Positions 34,734 to 47,737 of a DNA stretch of 64,000 nucleotides are shown here, piece after piece; position 1 is the first letter of the stretch, and each line of letters starts with the position of its first letter. The stretch is from Phyllobates terribilis (Eukaryota): NCBI RefSeq assembly GCF_046119375.1, contig NW_027362768.1:158906001-158970000 (forward strand), given 5' to 3'. The position numbers were made by a program, and so were the translations under genes. The notes beneath the pieces are model-generated. The model was given only the letters and a program-made list of their open reading frames with translations, was not told where the DNA came from and searched no databases.

Positions 34734-35376
34734 GGGGGTTTCATCAGAGAAAATAACTTGACCCCCGTCCTCAGCTGTCCAATCCCTGCTTTTCGCAGAC
34801 TGTTTGGGACATCTGGAAGACAGATTGTCCGGAGAAGAAAAGGTGTCCTCCAGCAGTAAGGCATCCTGAGACCATTCATGTGTGGGGGCTCACTTACAAT
34901 TTTGCCATAAATAATGGGAACTAAACCTCCTCCAGGAGCAATTTGGTGAACAACAATGATTCTTCCAGCTTGACAGAGATCATGTCACAAGACAAAAGTC
35001 ATAACTCTGAACAAAACATTGAACATTTGGGTCCTTGGTCCAGAAATTCCCCACGTCTCAATTCTAGAAAACAGAACTTGTGATAAACGCCAAGTACTGA
35101 TTAGGTAAGGATAGGCAATCATCTGTCAGGATCTGGCCCAGCAGCCGATATCCAGCTGCCGGGGCGAAGGGCAGAAGTCTTTAAAACTTGGGGTCAACAC
35201 TAAATAAATATTGAGTCTTGAACTTGAGGCTCAAAAAAAAAGTTTAAAAAGTTATGAAATGTTGATAATTGTACTTCAGTAACCATAGAAACATCTGACT
35301 AATCGATCGAAAAACATTAACAGGCAGCAAACCTGTGTAAACCAAAGCTTGGCTTAAAACTTTTTGGCGACGAGTG
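34734..35376 (+). mobile_element. Heavily deleted relative of the DD35E element with a local inversion
   Basis: Similarity to 31930-32732; 34734-34798 inverted; diverged right TIR AAAACTTTTTGGCGACGAGTG|TA. Confidence 0.75.
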
Positions 35377-35515
35377 TACATAGGTTGCCTTCTTAGCATG
35401 GACGCCATGTGATATTATATTTCCTCTGCGGCAGCTGCACACCACTTCCAGTGACATGCTGATTTACAAGGCAATTAGCTATGAACGAGTTACCCAAATA
35501 GGACATTCCCTTTAA

Positions 35516-35987
35516 GGCCGAATTCACAGTGTTCCACGGTCCATATGCACGTACCTTGATGTCTGCGATTTGATGTCTTAGTTCAGAGAAATTCACATTT
35601 TTCTTATTATCTAAATGAGCTGTTAAGATCTATGGGTTGTACATAGATCTCTCCGAGAATCTGCCCCCACAGCATATAAATGAAAGGTGACTTTACCAGT
35701 GTGAGATATGTAGATCAGGAGAGCAGACTGTCAGTGATTACATGTCTCACACTGGTAAACCCCCCCCCCCCCCCATTTCATTCATAATAATCTCTGGAAG
35801 CAGATTCGCAGGGAGATCTATGTCCGCCTCATAGATCTTAACAGCTCATTTACATATTAAGAAAATGTGAATTCCTCTGGAATAAGACATTAGATAGCAG
35901 ATATCAAGGTATCATTTTATTCAGCTTCCTAGGACCTACATGTTCATACAGACGGCTTAGAGGGTTGATCCAAGTGAGAGATTCCCT
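35516..35987. mobile_element. Palindromic T2/Kolobok-type MITE
   Basis: TTAA at both ends, right end GATTCCCT|TTAA, long internal inverted arms; family also at 39954-40285. Confidence 0.7.
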
Positions 35988-38739
35988 TTAAGTATTAGTC
36001 CATTATCCAGACTGGTCCTCAATGAAGAGAAGACTGCCCTGGAGGACAGGATGCCAAACAAGAACAGTGTAAACCCTTTTCCTCTTCTGAAGACCTTTCT
36101 TTAGAATATATCATCAAAAATAGATCAGTGGGGTTCAGACTCTTGATGCCCTCCTTTATCTGCTGATAGAAAGGGATTGCACCACTCCAGAAATATGCAT
36201 CTCCTCCATGGTTTACCAGGCACAGGGTCACACTATGCTGCAGCTGCAATACCACATAAGGCCACTGCTAAAAGTGCAGCGCTGTGCCTGGAGTGGTCAA
36301 TCATCTGAGTGGTGCGGTGCCAGACATTGATTTATTATTGCTGGTCATCAATTTCATCTGTCTCAAAAACTGTATATCGTCCTATATGGCAGTCCTATAA
36401 ACAGCGCTCCGCTCGGCTCTGCTACATCAGGGCGGCTCAGCATCGCCTCATCAATATCAGAAGATGTTTGGTCTAAGAGGTTGAACTCAATGGACATTTT
36501 CATTTTAGTTCAACCTGTTTAACAAATGTAACGAGCTCTCTATATTGTATCACCGCAGAGCAATCGTTGTGCATTAGGTGGGAGGGTTTACAGAAATGAG
36601 CTTCACCCGTCTGATGTGGGATTAGATCACTTCTGATTTGTTTCACCGATGAAAGTGGAATTAGTGATTCATCCTGAAACGCGCCCTGATGGCCGGCACG
36701 GAGGACACGCACTGGTCAGTTATTCTAGTAATGCTGGGTCACATCCGGATTATCATTCAAGGAAGATTGCCTCTGAACTAAACACCATGCTTTATACTAC
36801 CCAAACATCTCTCTAATAGTTCACCAGAAGGCCTGGGCCCAGAGATGAAACGTATGTTTTGCTCAGTAAAAAAAAAAAAACAAAAAACACACAACACAGA
36901 TTTCTACAAATAATCTAAAAGCTGGAAAAAAATTTGCAGCTTTATTTTTTTTTTTTAGCAAAAGTATTTTTGGTTCCCATTCCCCAGCTTAAAAACAGCA
37001 CCAAAAACTACATCCTTAGGAGACGTCCACATGGGACAGGATTGCTGCAAATTAATCGTACAGATTTGCACAAGTAAAACAGGCTGTCGGTTACAGTAAC
37101 AAGCCGTGTAAATGAGATTGGCAGAATTTTTCCTCTAGGAAGTTTCCTTGCGGTGCAGATTTATTTTTTCAGTCCACAGTATGTCCTTGCAATATAAATG
37201 GGTAGAATCAGAACGGTCACACTGAGAATTTGCAATTGATTTTTCTTCCACATTCAGACACAAAAAAAAAAAAAAAAAGTATTTCACACCAGAAAGAGTA
37301 GCAGCATATCGATAGAAATCCTGATCGGTGGGAGTCTCGCTGCAAGGACCACCACCCTTGTCAGCAAAAACAAAAAGGGGGCTGCAAGCCCAGATTAGAT
37401 GTGGCGATTTCCCCATCACAAACTGTCACAGCTGCAATCACCACCCTGCAATATCCTCTGTGTGTATGGCCGGGGTCAGACAAGCGTATGAAAAATCGGC
37501 CGAATTTCATTTGTGTTTTCAGTGCGCCCGTATATCTGTATTTATCCACTTTAAAATGTACATGATCAAACAAACAGTTCCCTACATAAATTGGGCTGAT
37601 GACTGACTGCATCAGGTGACAAAAGTGTCTGGGCTTTTTGGTGTTCTTAGTGCTGCAATATGTATTAGTGTTACCGCTACTGTGATATTCATGCCTTCTT
37701 TCTTTCTATAGTTGATACCATATTGTGATTGTATCCAGTCATCAGCCCAATTTTCAGTTTAATGTCTATTGTAAGTTATACATGTTTTTTAGCATTTGTA
37801 CTCATTAAAGATTGTTATATTTTGAATCATTCTACTCCAAACATCCTCCTTTGCTCTACATGTAGCTATATGGAGTTGGTTTTAGGGTTATACTTTCCTG
37901 GGCCCATTACAATTAGCTTTCAAATTAGTGAAGAACCTTGTGTCAGAATTTCAAGGGTAATCCGAACACCTATGAACATCCTGAGAAGCTGTACAGAAGT
38001 GATTTTCAACCTGTGCCCCTAACAAGCTGCTGGGAAATTACAATGCATGATGGCACAGCATGCTGGGACTTGTAGTTCACAAGAACTGGAGTGACACTGG
38101 TTGTATACTACTATAAACAAACAATTCCTATGAGATTATTGATCAGTCCATACACTCCACACATAAGTATCATCTATGATAAGAGCTCGGTGGCACAATA
38201 TGCAAGCACTAAACTTAAAGAAAGTAGCCCCCTCGTTCACAGGACAGACCCCGGGATCAACCATGCAGCAGTCACACATGACCGAGTGCATTGTAAGCGT
38301 AACATCACGTGTCCCCAATATGGAGCAACGACTCCGACATGCGGGAGCTGGAAATATCGACGAGGAGTGTGCCTTTAAATAGCATGTCTGGCTGTTCAGA
38401 GGAACAGCATGGCGCAGGCAGCACATCCACAACTGGCCTGCACACAAACCAGGAGGATTTTATATTTTTTTAATCTGTTCGTTCTACATTTACAATACAC
38501 TGAGCTTCTTCTGCAAAGCAATGACGTATCAGTCACTTCACCAGGAGTATAAACACCACAATATACTGTAGATATATGGGGGTCTCTGGATCGTCCCCCG
38601 ATCCTTTGGTTCAGTGGGGAGAAGATTCTGTCAGAGAACACAGGAGGGCTCAGCCGAGCAGAACGTTGCCTTTATATGGGGGAGACAGGAGAGAACATTA
38701 CCTCTGCCGACAGCCATCTCATGGGTATGGCCAACTTAA

Positions 38740-39695
38740 AGGGGCTGTCTCGTGTTAATGATTAAAACTGCAAAGTATCAGCAAAAGCAAGCAACTTTGT
38801 AATTCACTTTTATTAAAAATGCTCTCCATTCTCAAGATCAAAGGGATTTTAAATTCTATAGTTTACTGCTCGTTGCCTAGGTTACCATTCACCTCACAGC
38901 AGTTTGCTCCACAGCCTGCAAAACACTGATGTCACAAAACCTGAAGGGTTTCCTCGTACCAGCAATGTGAATGAGAATCCTGAAGTCTCAGGCACACCTT
39001 GCTTATTTGTGACTTACAGATTTACATCTGCAGCGTGTCAATTTTTTCAGCTTTTTTTGCAGCAGATTTCACCCATACTAGTGAGTGGGGAGAAAAACTG
39101 CACCAAAAAAAAAAAAAAAAAAAAAAAGTGCATTTTCGCTGCTGCGTTTTTTCCTGTCAAGAGATGCAGAAATGGTACAGAAATTTCTGCACCAAATACT
39201 TAACGTGTGCACGTACCTGGACAGAGCTCTGGATCCAAGGGCCTCAGTCCCCGTGCGTTTCTCCCATGCTGCAGAGACAAAGCTGTCTGCGAGCTGCATG
39301 GGCGAGCACAGGCCACACCAGCTGCTCGACCACACTGCTGGGCTGCACTGTCAATCTTCAGGAGCAGACCACCTCTATGGCACAACAGGAAGCTGAGAGG
39401 CTGGGGAGTAGTGCCCTCTTGAAGATAGACGAGAACCCTAGGGGTGAGCGGACCAGTGGAAGTTCGGGTTCGTCAAGTTTGACCGAACTTTCGTTTGAAG
39501 TTTGCCTCTGGTACCAGAACTCTCCCCAAACCCCTTAGAAGTCAATGGGGACCCGAACTTTGGTGTTGGAAAAATTCTCTCTTCCTGGAACGCCGAACAC
39601 TAAAACGGACTTCCGGGAGGTGTTTGTGTTCGTTGTTCAGCACCGAACCCCGAACTTTGCAGTTCAGGTTCGCTCATCTCTAGAGGACAACCCCT
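38740..39695. mobile_element. T2/Kolobok-type MITE carrying nested Harbinger-like (about 38990-39216) and hAT-like (39439-39682) MITEs
   Basis: TTAA|AGGGGCTGTC ... GACAACCCCT|TTAA; inner TAGGGGTGAGCG...CGCTCATCTCTA termini. Confidence 0.65.
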
Positions 39696-39953
39696 TTAAT
39701 CATACTTGGGAAGGATGAGGAGCCCCTTATGGGCTCTGTTTGCATCACATTTATGGTCTCTGATGGATGCCATAGAGATCTGTATACCCCTCCCTCCCCC
39801 ACGTTGTATGGCATATAGTAGGGTACTAAAGTACACTGGCCAGATAAAAGCCAAAAGGACCCTTTTGACTGACATAAATGCTAAATGTGTTAATGGTGTT
39901 GCACTAGGGGCTTTATTGGTGTTCAAACTAAACCTCAACTGCAAAAGTAACAA

Positions 39954-40285
39954 AGGGAATCTGTCAGTAGCACCAACCCTCCTAATTCATTTAAATGAAA
40001 GTGCAAGTTTCTAGTATGCGATATGTAGATCAGACTGTCAGTTATTACATGTCTCACACTGGTAACGCCTCCTTTCATTTATAATAATCCCTGGAGGCAG
40101 ATTCTCAGGGAGATCCATGTCCAGCCCATAGATCTTAATAACTCATTTACATATTAATAAAACCGTGGATTTCTTTGGCATGAGACATCAGATCACAGAT
40201 ATCATGGTATCCTTTTATTCAGCTTCCTATGACCTACATGCCCATCTAGACTGCGAGGAGGGTTGACCCTACCGACAGATTACCT
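39954..40285. mobile_element. T2/Kolobok-type MITE (half-deleted)
   Basis: AGGGAATCTGTCAG start and GACAGATTACCT|TTAA end. Confidence 0.7.
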
Positions 40286-43200
40286 TTAAACAGCTGGTGT
40301 TCAATCTTCTATAATTGATTCATCATTGTGCAGCAAAGAGTTCAGCAAACACTTATCACAGCAGTCATTGCGACAATGCAGTCTCCATGACCCACAGGAA
40401 AAAAATAGCAGCAGCACAAATCTCTGTCATACGCTGGTTACAATGCATCAGTGCAGGCAAAATGTATCAGTCTGGAATCCAGTAAATCCGGCTCACAGAA
40501 GACAACCTTGAATGGCTTAGATAGAAGGAAACTGCGCTGTGTGAAGGCTACAATGATGCAGCCGCTTGGAAGTATTTTCATGGTACAAATACAAAACTGA
40601 CTATTGGATTTTTGCGGTGTTGTGTGCACCAGATTTCCATGACAATCGGCCCAATCCTCAACTTCACTATGAAAAAAAAGGAGCATGCTACTCATGTTCA
40701 CAGGAGATTGTTTTTCTAAGTTTTCAAGAACTCAGCTTGCTGTCAGTGACTAAAGTGACTAATGATAGCCGTGTTTACATCTAGAAGCTGAGAAATTCTT
40801 CTTGCATGAGAGGATTTGCTAGAATTTTAGTTTCACATGTCTAATGTTCTCGGTCTGAGAAAAGGATTGATGTCTGGACTAAACTCAACAAGAGGCCGGT
40901 CCTGATACTGTGCCAGTCATTCTGTGTATCACAGATGGGTGCTGGTACTGCACTATTCTGGTCAGTAAAATGGACAAAACGGTCTGTGTTGAAAAACTGT
41001 TTGCGTTAATATTGATCACTGTGCTGACCACTGCGCCCAGAGACCGAAAAAGAGGCTGTCTGAACAAAGTCTAAGCTACCCGGAGAGGGAAGCACAAAGA
41101 TCTCCAGTCCTGACATCAGATGGGGAATCTGTTTGGACACCATGCACAACTACTATCTCCCACAATGTGATCTTATTGCAGCCAGATGCTGCAGCTTACG
41201 ACCAACTGACCCTACTCCCGGCCGACAAACAGCGGCAGGTTACCGATTGACTCGCCTGCGACATCAAAGACACATACTGTCACTGCACACTCTGCAAAAG
41301 TGAACCTTGTTTACTGTAGATGTTTTCAATACATGCCTACACTATATATACACACATACAGTATATCACAAAACTATGTAATACTAGCACACAAGGCCGT
41401 CGGCTTGAAGGAAGCGCTCACCATTGCAGATCACAACAAATATCACCCCTCCGCCCTCCCTTACAAAGCAGAGTCATGACCGCCATGCCTGCAGAGCAAC
41501 GAGCAGACGGGGGAGCGGCTGCACACAGCAGATAACGTATCATACGCCCTGAATCCAGGCCTCAGACAGCAGGTGTAACTAATAGGAAGTGACCAAAACC
41601 TGCAGACACACAACAGCGCACAATAGAGAACCAGACGCAGATTTCCTGAGCCGAGGGCTCCCCTCTCATCACTCTTACGTAACTGACGGTCAGCCCTGCA
41701 GGTCAGGCTCTGGCCTCGGAAAACACAAGTAGTATGTCACTATATTCTGGAGATTGCGACAGGTGATGCAGGATAGTGCATCACAACAGTTCTCTGGAGA
41801 CCGATAACTGCCAATGACTAAAATGTGCACCAATTTCTGCTGTAATCTTTAACAAAGCAGTCTGATTGGTGGTGCACCAGCCAGTGATTATCCCAATTTT
41901 AGAAGTAAACTTATGCGGACCCCCAGTGATCAGGTCTAAATCAAGAGATGATTGCCATGATCCGAGGCAGCTAGAAAAATGGAGAATTACATGGTGCTGG
42001 TTAAAAGGGTATTCCCAAAAATTACACCATATCCATAGGATAAGGAATTACTGATCCTTGGGAATATGACTGCTGGGACCCCCAAAGTTTGGGACTCTTG
42101 TTGCCAGGATTTGCAGAGCCCCATCTTGAATGGATCGGCGGTGCGCATGTAAGGAATGATTGTCAGCTTGAAAAGCGTATGAAATGCTAATTTTTATAGT
42201 ATTATGAATGTTCTGTTTTATCCAAGTCTACAAATAAAGTTTTTTTTTTAGATATATAAAAAATTAAAAAAAAAACTGCTTGATGTCCGTACCCGAATCT
42301 CTGCTCCTTTAATAGTAATGCACAACACTGCTATTTCCAGCGGTCTCAGAGACTTCATCGCTCACAGAGATTCCTGACCACCTGACCTCCATTTAAGATT
42401 AGGAACTAGCACCCAGTTCTCAGAATCGCTGGGCGACCCACCTGTCGGACCTCCACCGATTAACATAAGATTTTGGGAATAGACCCTTTAAAATTGATGA
42501 ACTGTCTAAGTAACGCACCGATCTGGAATCCTCCAGAAAAGATGATCTTGGCAGCTGCTCTCCACATTACCGATATAGACAGCAAGGAGAGATCTTGACC
42601 GAGGTGAGGGAGCGATAAAAAGTCCATTAAAAAGTTGCAGAACTTTTCATTGTAAAATGATGAAGCTTTATTTATAGAACGCAGATGACACACGAGGGAT
42701 CGGTCCATTCTATATAATCCTCCCCTTTATGTAGGTAATAAAACCTTATGAGTATCTATACACAACACTGATGGTACATGCAGAGCTAGAAGACATCAGC
42801 ACCTATCTGGTCACATCACTAATTAAAGGGGGTTTCCAGGGGGAAAGAAAAAAAAGTCCAAGAGTTTTCCTAGCAGGGAATCATGTAAACAGAGTGGAAA
42901 GAACAGTCAAAAGTCTTTCTGCACTGATACATTGCAACGAACAGTCAGCTGTGCCGCCCCAGAGACGTGTTTAATCTTCGGAGTCCGGTAATTATATAAA
43001 ATAGTATCTAGTAGCCTTTACATCTCGATTTCTCAGTGTCAGATCTCCGCTTACTGTCAGTGAATGAAAAGACCCCGGCTTAGGAAAGCTTGTGGACAAT
43101 GAACAAAAACAACTCTGTATCCTGCCCTGACACATTGTAACAAACGCTTTCTATTCACATCCAGCAAGCAGAGGAGTGGACACTGAACTGGAAATTGCAC

Positions 43201-43317
43201 TTTTATACTGGAGGGAACCAGTCTATTAACCACATGTACACATGGCTCCTGTGTGACGTCACAGCACGGGGTATACAGAGCAGGCCGCCTGCTTATGTGA
43301 TGATGCATACATACACA

Positions 43318-43384
43318 GGCCTCACTGCACACAGCAGGCCTCACTGCACACAGCAGGCCTCACTGCACACAGCAGGCCTCACCC
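43318..43384. repeat. 19-bp tandem repeat CTCACTGCACACAGCAGGC, about 3.3 copies
   Basis: Seen directly, in GPBP1L1 intron 1. Confidence 0.9.
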
Positions 43385-43529
43385 CGGGGCCACAGAGCAA
43401 GGGCCCCCTACACAGGCAGAGGACGGCTGCACTACTACAACTTGGACCATGTGACCGCCCCTGGACAGGCGCCCATACACACACACAGGCCCCAGCGGCG
43501 CCCGTCCCCGCCACAGACTCAACCGTTAC

Positions 43530-43645
43530 CGCGCTCACTCTCCGGGCCTCTGTCACACCGGGGACCGCCGCTCTCCCTCTAACAGCAGCTGCCCGCTTCC
43601 TGCTCCTCACAAACCATAACAAAGCGCGCACCAAAATGGCGTCCT
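43530..43645 (-). other. GPBP1L1: Candidate GPBP1L1 non-coding exon 1
   Basis: Donor GCG|GTAACG at 43530/43529; begins near the YY1-type CGCCATTTTG motif; inside a CpG island; 5' end approximate. Confidence 0.65.
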
Positions 43646-43870
43646 CTGGAACCTGACCATAGAGATGGCCGCTGGGGGTAGAGTGACGGGGGACACGCCT
43701 CTCTGTTACTGTCTGCACTCACAGCGCCACCTGCTGGAACCTGGCGGAAGCTGCGGGCGCTGTATATCACTGACGTCACATTATTACGCCATATTACGAC
43801 TGGCAGCAGGCTGACTGCGCAGTGGGTGGACACTGTCTGGTGTGACCCGGACACGTCACATTATATAAGG
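43625..43870. promoter_or_regulatory. CpG-island bidirectional promoter for GPBP1L1 and TMEM69
   Basis: CAAAATGGCG 43632-43641 and AGATGGC near 43663 (YY1-like), GCGGAAG near 43744 (ETS-like), TGACGTCA 43771-43778 (CRE), TGCGCA near 43816; head-to-head gene layout. Confidence 0.7.
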
Positions 43871-43997
43871 TCTATGTATCACACATGGGTTAGAAGTAGG
43901 GGTGTAACGTCACTAGGTTTAGGGGCTTTAATCACACCTGGAGCCTGAGGGCCCCCAAAAGTCCCTTTGGCCTATATGAAAAGACCAACATTATTAA

Positions 43998-44671
43998 CCC
44001 CTTAATGATGGGGCCATTTTCCATTTTTGCACCTTTGTTTTTTGCTCCCCTTCTTCCCAAAGCCATAACTTTTTTATTTTTCTGTCAATATGGCCATGTG
44101 AGGGCTTATTTTTTGCGGGATGAGTTGTACTTTTGAACGACACCATTGATTTTGCAATACCGTGTACTAGAAAACAGGAAAAAAATTCCAAGTGCGGTGA
44201 AATTGCAAAAAAAAGTGAAATTCCACAGTTGCTTTTTTTGTTGTTGTTTTTTTTACCATGTTCACTAAATGCTAAAACTGACCTGCCATTATGATTCTCC
44301 AGATCAATACGCGTTCGTAGATACCAAACATGTATAGGTTCTTATTTATTTCAGTGATGAAAAAAATCCAAAGTTTGTTAAAAAAAATATATATATATTA
44401 TTTTTTTGCACCCTGAGCTGATGTTTTTATTGATACCATCTTGGTGTAGATACAATGTTTTGATCACCAGTTATTGCAATGTTGCGGTGACCAAATAAAT
44501 GTAATTCTGGTGTTTTGAATGGGGCGAAAGGTGGGTGATTTAAACATATATATTTTTCTTTTTTTTTTTTAAATATTTTTAAAAACTTTTTTTTATTACT
44601 TTTTGCAAAAGATCACCTGTGTGTAGCAGAATTGCAATCTTGCAATGGCAACCACGGGGGTCATAAAGGGG
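43998..44671. mobile_element. Non-autonomous piggyBac-like element
   Basis: TTAA|CCCCTT ... AAGGGG|TTAA. Confidence 0.8.
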
Positions 44672-44891
44672 TTAAAGAAGCCCTCCTCCCCCTCCTTCTA
44701 AGTTTTTAGCTTTTTAATATATTGCAGTCATCATATTATATAGCACTGTGTACTTACAATTGATTATTTTCCCTTTCTACTCAGCGAATTCTTCTCTTTT
44801 CTCTGCTCTATGTAGAAACAGGAAGTCTTTTGTCCCTGCATTTATCATTCCCCTCTTCATTTCCTGACCCAGCTGTCCCGCTCCTCCCATT

Positions 44892-45297
44892 AGCAGACAC
44901 TATCACACAGGATAGGATTAGATACATGGCTCAGCAGATAGTATCACACAGGATAGGATTAGATACATTGCTCAGCAGATAGTATCACACAGGATAGGAT
45001 GAGATACACAGCTCAGCAGATAGTATCACACAGGATAGGATGAGATACACAGCTCAGCAGATAGTATCACACAGGATAGGATTAGATACATGGCTCAGCA
45101 GATAGTATCACACAGGATAGGATTAGATACATGGCTCAGCAGACAGTATCACACAGGATTGGATTAGATACACAGCTCAGCAGATAGTATCACACAGGAT
45201 AGGATTAGATACACAGCTCAGCAGACAGTATCACACAGGATAGGATTAGATACACTGCTCAGCAGACAGTATCACACAGGATAGGATTAGATACACA
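44892..45297. repeat. 41-bp minisatellite GCTCAGCAGATAGTATCACACAGGATAGGATTAGATACACA, about 10 copies
   Basis: Seen directly; appears to sit inside a TTAA-flanked MITE starting near 44676. Confidence 0.93.
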
Positions 45298-45774
45298 GGT
45301 CGGTATCACATATGGCAGGTTTAGATTCAGCAGCTCATTGTCCCTGGGGGTTATATGATGAATGATTATTGAGTAGCCATATCAGCAGCACAGACTATGC
45401 GGTCGGAGCATGCTCAGTGCAGTCTGCCCACACTTTTTCTGGCTTCCTTGCCCACAGGAAGTGCACTTCTGTGTGACTTCCTGTTCCTGACCTTTTGCAG
45501 CAGTCCTGTAGAGCAGGCGGTGGAGGTGAGTGTGGGCTGGGACACGTTGTGTCATGCAGGATTCATGGCTTGGGGGCCATTCAGGGGTCTCAATACCTGG
45601 TCCTGGGCTGGAACATGAGGCAATATGTGATACCAGAGTGGCGACCAGTGCGCAGCCCCCTACAGTCCAGGCTCGGGGGCATTGTGAACCAGCATTGCTA
45701 AGAGCGCTCGATTCCCGATAATCAGGCGGTCAAGACAATCGAGAAACACGGGTGACATTTCTAGGCTTGCTTAA

Positions 45775-46138
45775 CCCCTTCACCGACGGCCATTTTGCGT
45801 TTTCGTTTTTTGCCCCCCTTGTTTCCAAAGCCATAACTTTTTTATTTTTCTGTCAATATGACTGTGTGAGGGCTTATTTTTTTGTGGGACAAGTTGTACT
45901 TTTGAACGACACCATTGGTTTTACCATATAGTGTACTGGAAAAAGGGAAAAAAAAAATCCAAGTGCGGTGAAACTGGAAAAAAAGTGCAATACCAAAGTT
46001 GTTTTTTTTTTTTTTTTACCACGTTCACTTAATGCTAAAACTAACCTGCCGTTATGATTCTCCAGGTCATTACGAGTTCGTAGACAGTAAACATGTATAG
46101 GTTCTTTTTTATTTAAGTGGTAAAAAAAATCCAAAGTT

Positions 46139-46169
<31 letters not shown>

Positions 46170-46650
46170 GTCGCCATTTTGCGAGATCTGTAGCGTCTCC
46201 ATTTTTCGGAATCTGGGTCTGGGTGAGGGCTTATTTTTTGCGTGCCGACCTGACCTTTTTATTGATACCATTTGGGGTAGATACGATCTTTCGATCGCCC
46301 GTTATTGCATTTTATTGCAATGTTACGGCGGAAAGCAATTCTGGCGTGTTTTTTTCTTTTTCTCGTTACACCATTTACCAATCGGATTAATTATTTTTAT
46401 ATTGATAGATCGGGCGATTCTGAACGCAGCGATATCAAATATGTGTATATTTTATTTTTTTTAAATTGTTTTATTTTGAATGGGGCGAAAGGGGGGCGAT
46501 TTAAACTTTTATATATTTAATATTTTTAAAAACTTTTTTTTAGCTTGCTTCAATAGTCTCCATGGGAGACTAGAAGCTGCGATGTTCTAATCCACTCTGC
46601 TACACATAGCAGGACTTCAGATCGCCTGTGTATAGCAGAAATGCTCACTT
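45775..46650. mobile_element. Second, right-truncated copy of the piggyBac-like family
   Basis: TTAA|CCCCTT start and long similarity to 43998-44650; no right terminus found. Confidence 0.72.
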
Positions 46651-46679
46651 GCTATGTGTAAGACAGCAAAGTATATGAG

Positions 46680-47550
46680 GAACTGTGGTGACAGTATCTC
46701 CTTTCTATTAAGGACATACTGGGAGTTGTAGGTTCATGTGATACAATTGTTTATGGGGCTGACTAGACATTATTATTATTGATCATTGTATTAAGCTTAG
46801 TTCTTGTATTCAAGTACTTCTGGTTCTGGTGACCTATTCATGTATTGATGGTGGTTCTGGTGACCTATTCATGTACTGATGGTGGTTCTGGTGACGTAGT
46901 CATGTACTGATGTTTGTGGTGCCATATTCATATACTATAGATGGCTCTGGTGCTCTATTTACTTAGTGATGATGATGATGATTTTGTATTCATGTACTGA
47001 TGATGGTTCTGTTGATGAATATATCACCAGAATCATCATCATCACTACATGAATACATCACCAGAACCTTCATCTGTTTTGTGCAAGCTGTATTTGTCGC
47101 ATGACGGACGCAAAAAACATCAGAAGTATCCTCATATCTCTAATGGGGGTCTGTTTATTTTCCATTAGGGTAGCTGCCACATACTGAACACCTTAATTGA
47201 AACCAAATGGCTCTTATATTAGTTTCCATGATTATCCTTGTGTTTGACATTGTTGAAGTGGTCATCAGAGCTTGTTACCGAACCCAGGTGCATTAGGGGT
47301 CCTGTTACCTTAGTCTCTTACCCATTCCTTTGCTGTGGGGTGGTGGTGGTGCCATTGGCTTCATCTGCCTAAGTCACTAAAATACCTTGTCCTGGCCCTG
47401 TACAGACCACATCAAAGTTGCAGGGAAACAAAGAGTCTGTAAACGCCAACTGTGCAAAATTTATATTGAAACCCAATTGCAAAAACTATTTTTAGCCTGA
47501 AATATATGCATTAAGTAAAAAAAGAAAAGTCCCTAAAAGTGGACAACCCC
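46680..47550. repeat. Decayed interspersed repeat with internal degenerate tandem units and a T2-like end
   Basis: Reverse complement of the 30961-33000 flanks; ends GTGGACAACCCCTTTTAA. Confidence 0.55.
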
Positions 47551-47737
47551 TTTTAAAATGTGGTTATCTGCCATGGTTTGTAGTGTTGAACATTTCTCCT
47601 CGTCAGACCTCAGATTACAGACTGTAAGGTCCTGTTCATAGTAATTAGTATATGTCGTTAACAGAATAGCGCCATCTAATGGCTGGATTATCAAAATACC
47701 CTGAATTGTGGTCATGTGCTGAGATAAGTGTAATATA

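Noticed and set aside
42460-42708. 82-aa minus-strand ORF as a further GPBP1L1 leader exon or separate gene
   Set aside because: No clear flanking acceptor/donor pair and no recognisable homology
43057-43854. Several 90-150 aa ORFs around the CpG island
   Set aside because: Expected from high GC content and a 19-bp repeat; no recognisable domain
43860-43875. TMEM69 first-exon donor AAG|GTCTAT
   Set aside because: Weak match to consensus; no convincing plus-strand donor could be picked, so TMEM69 exon 1 is left uncalled
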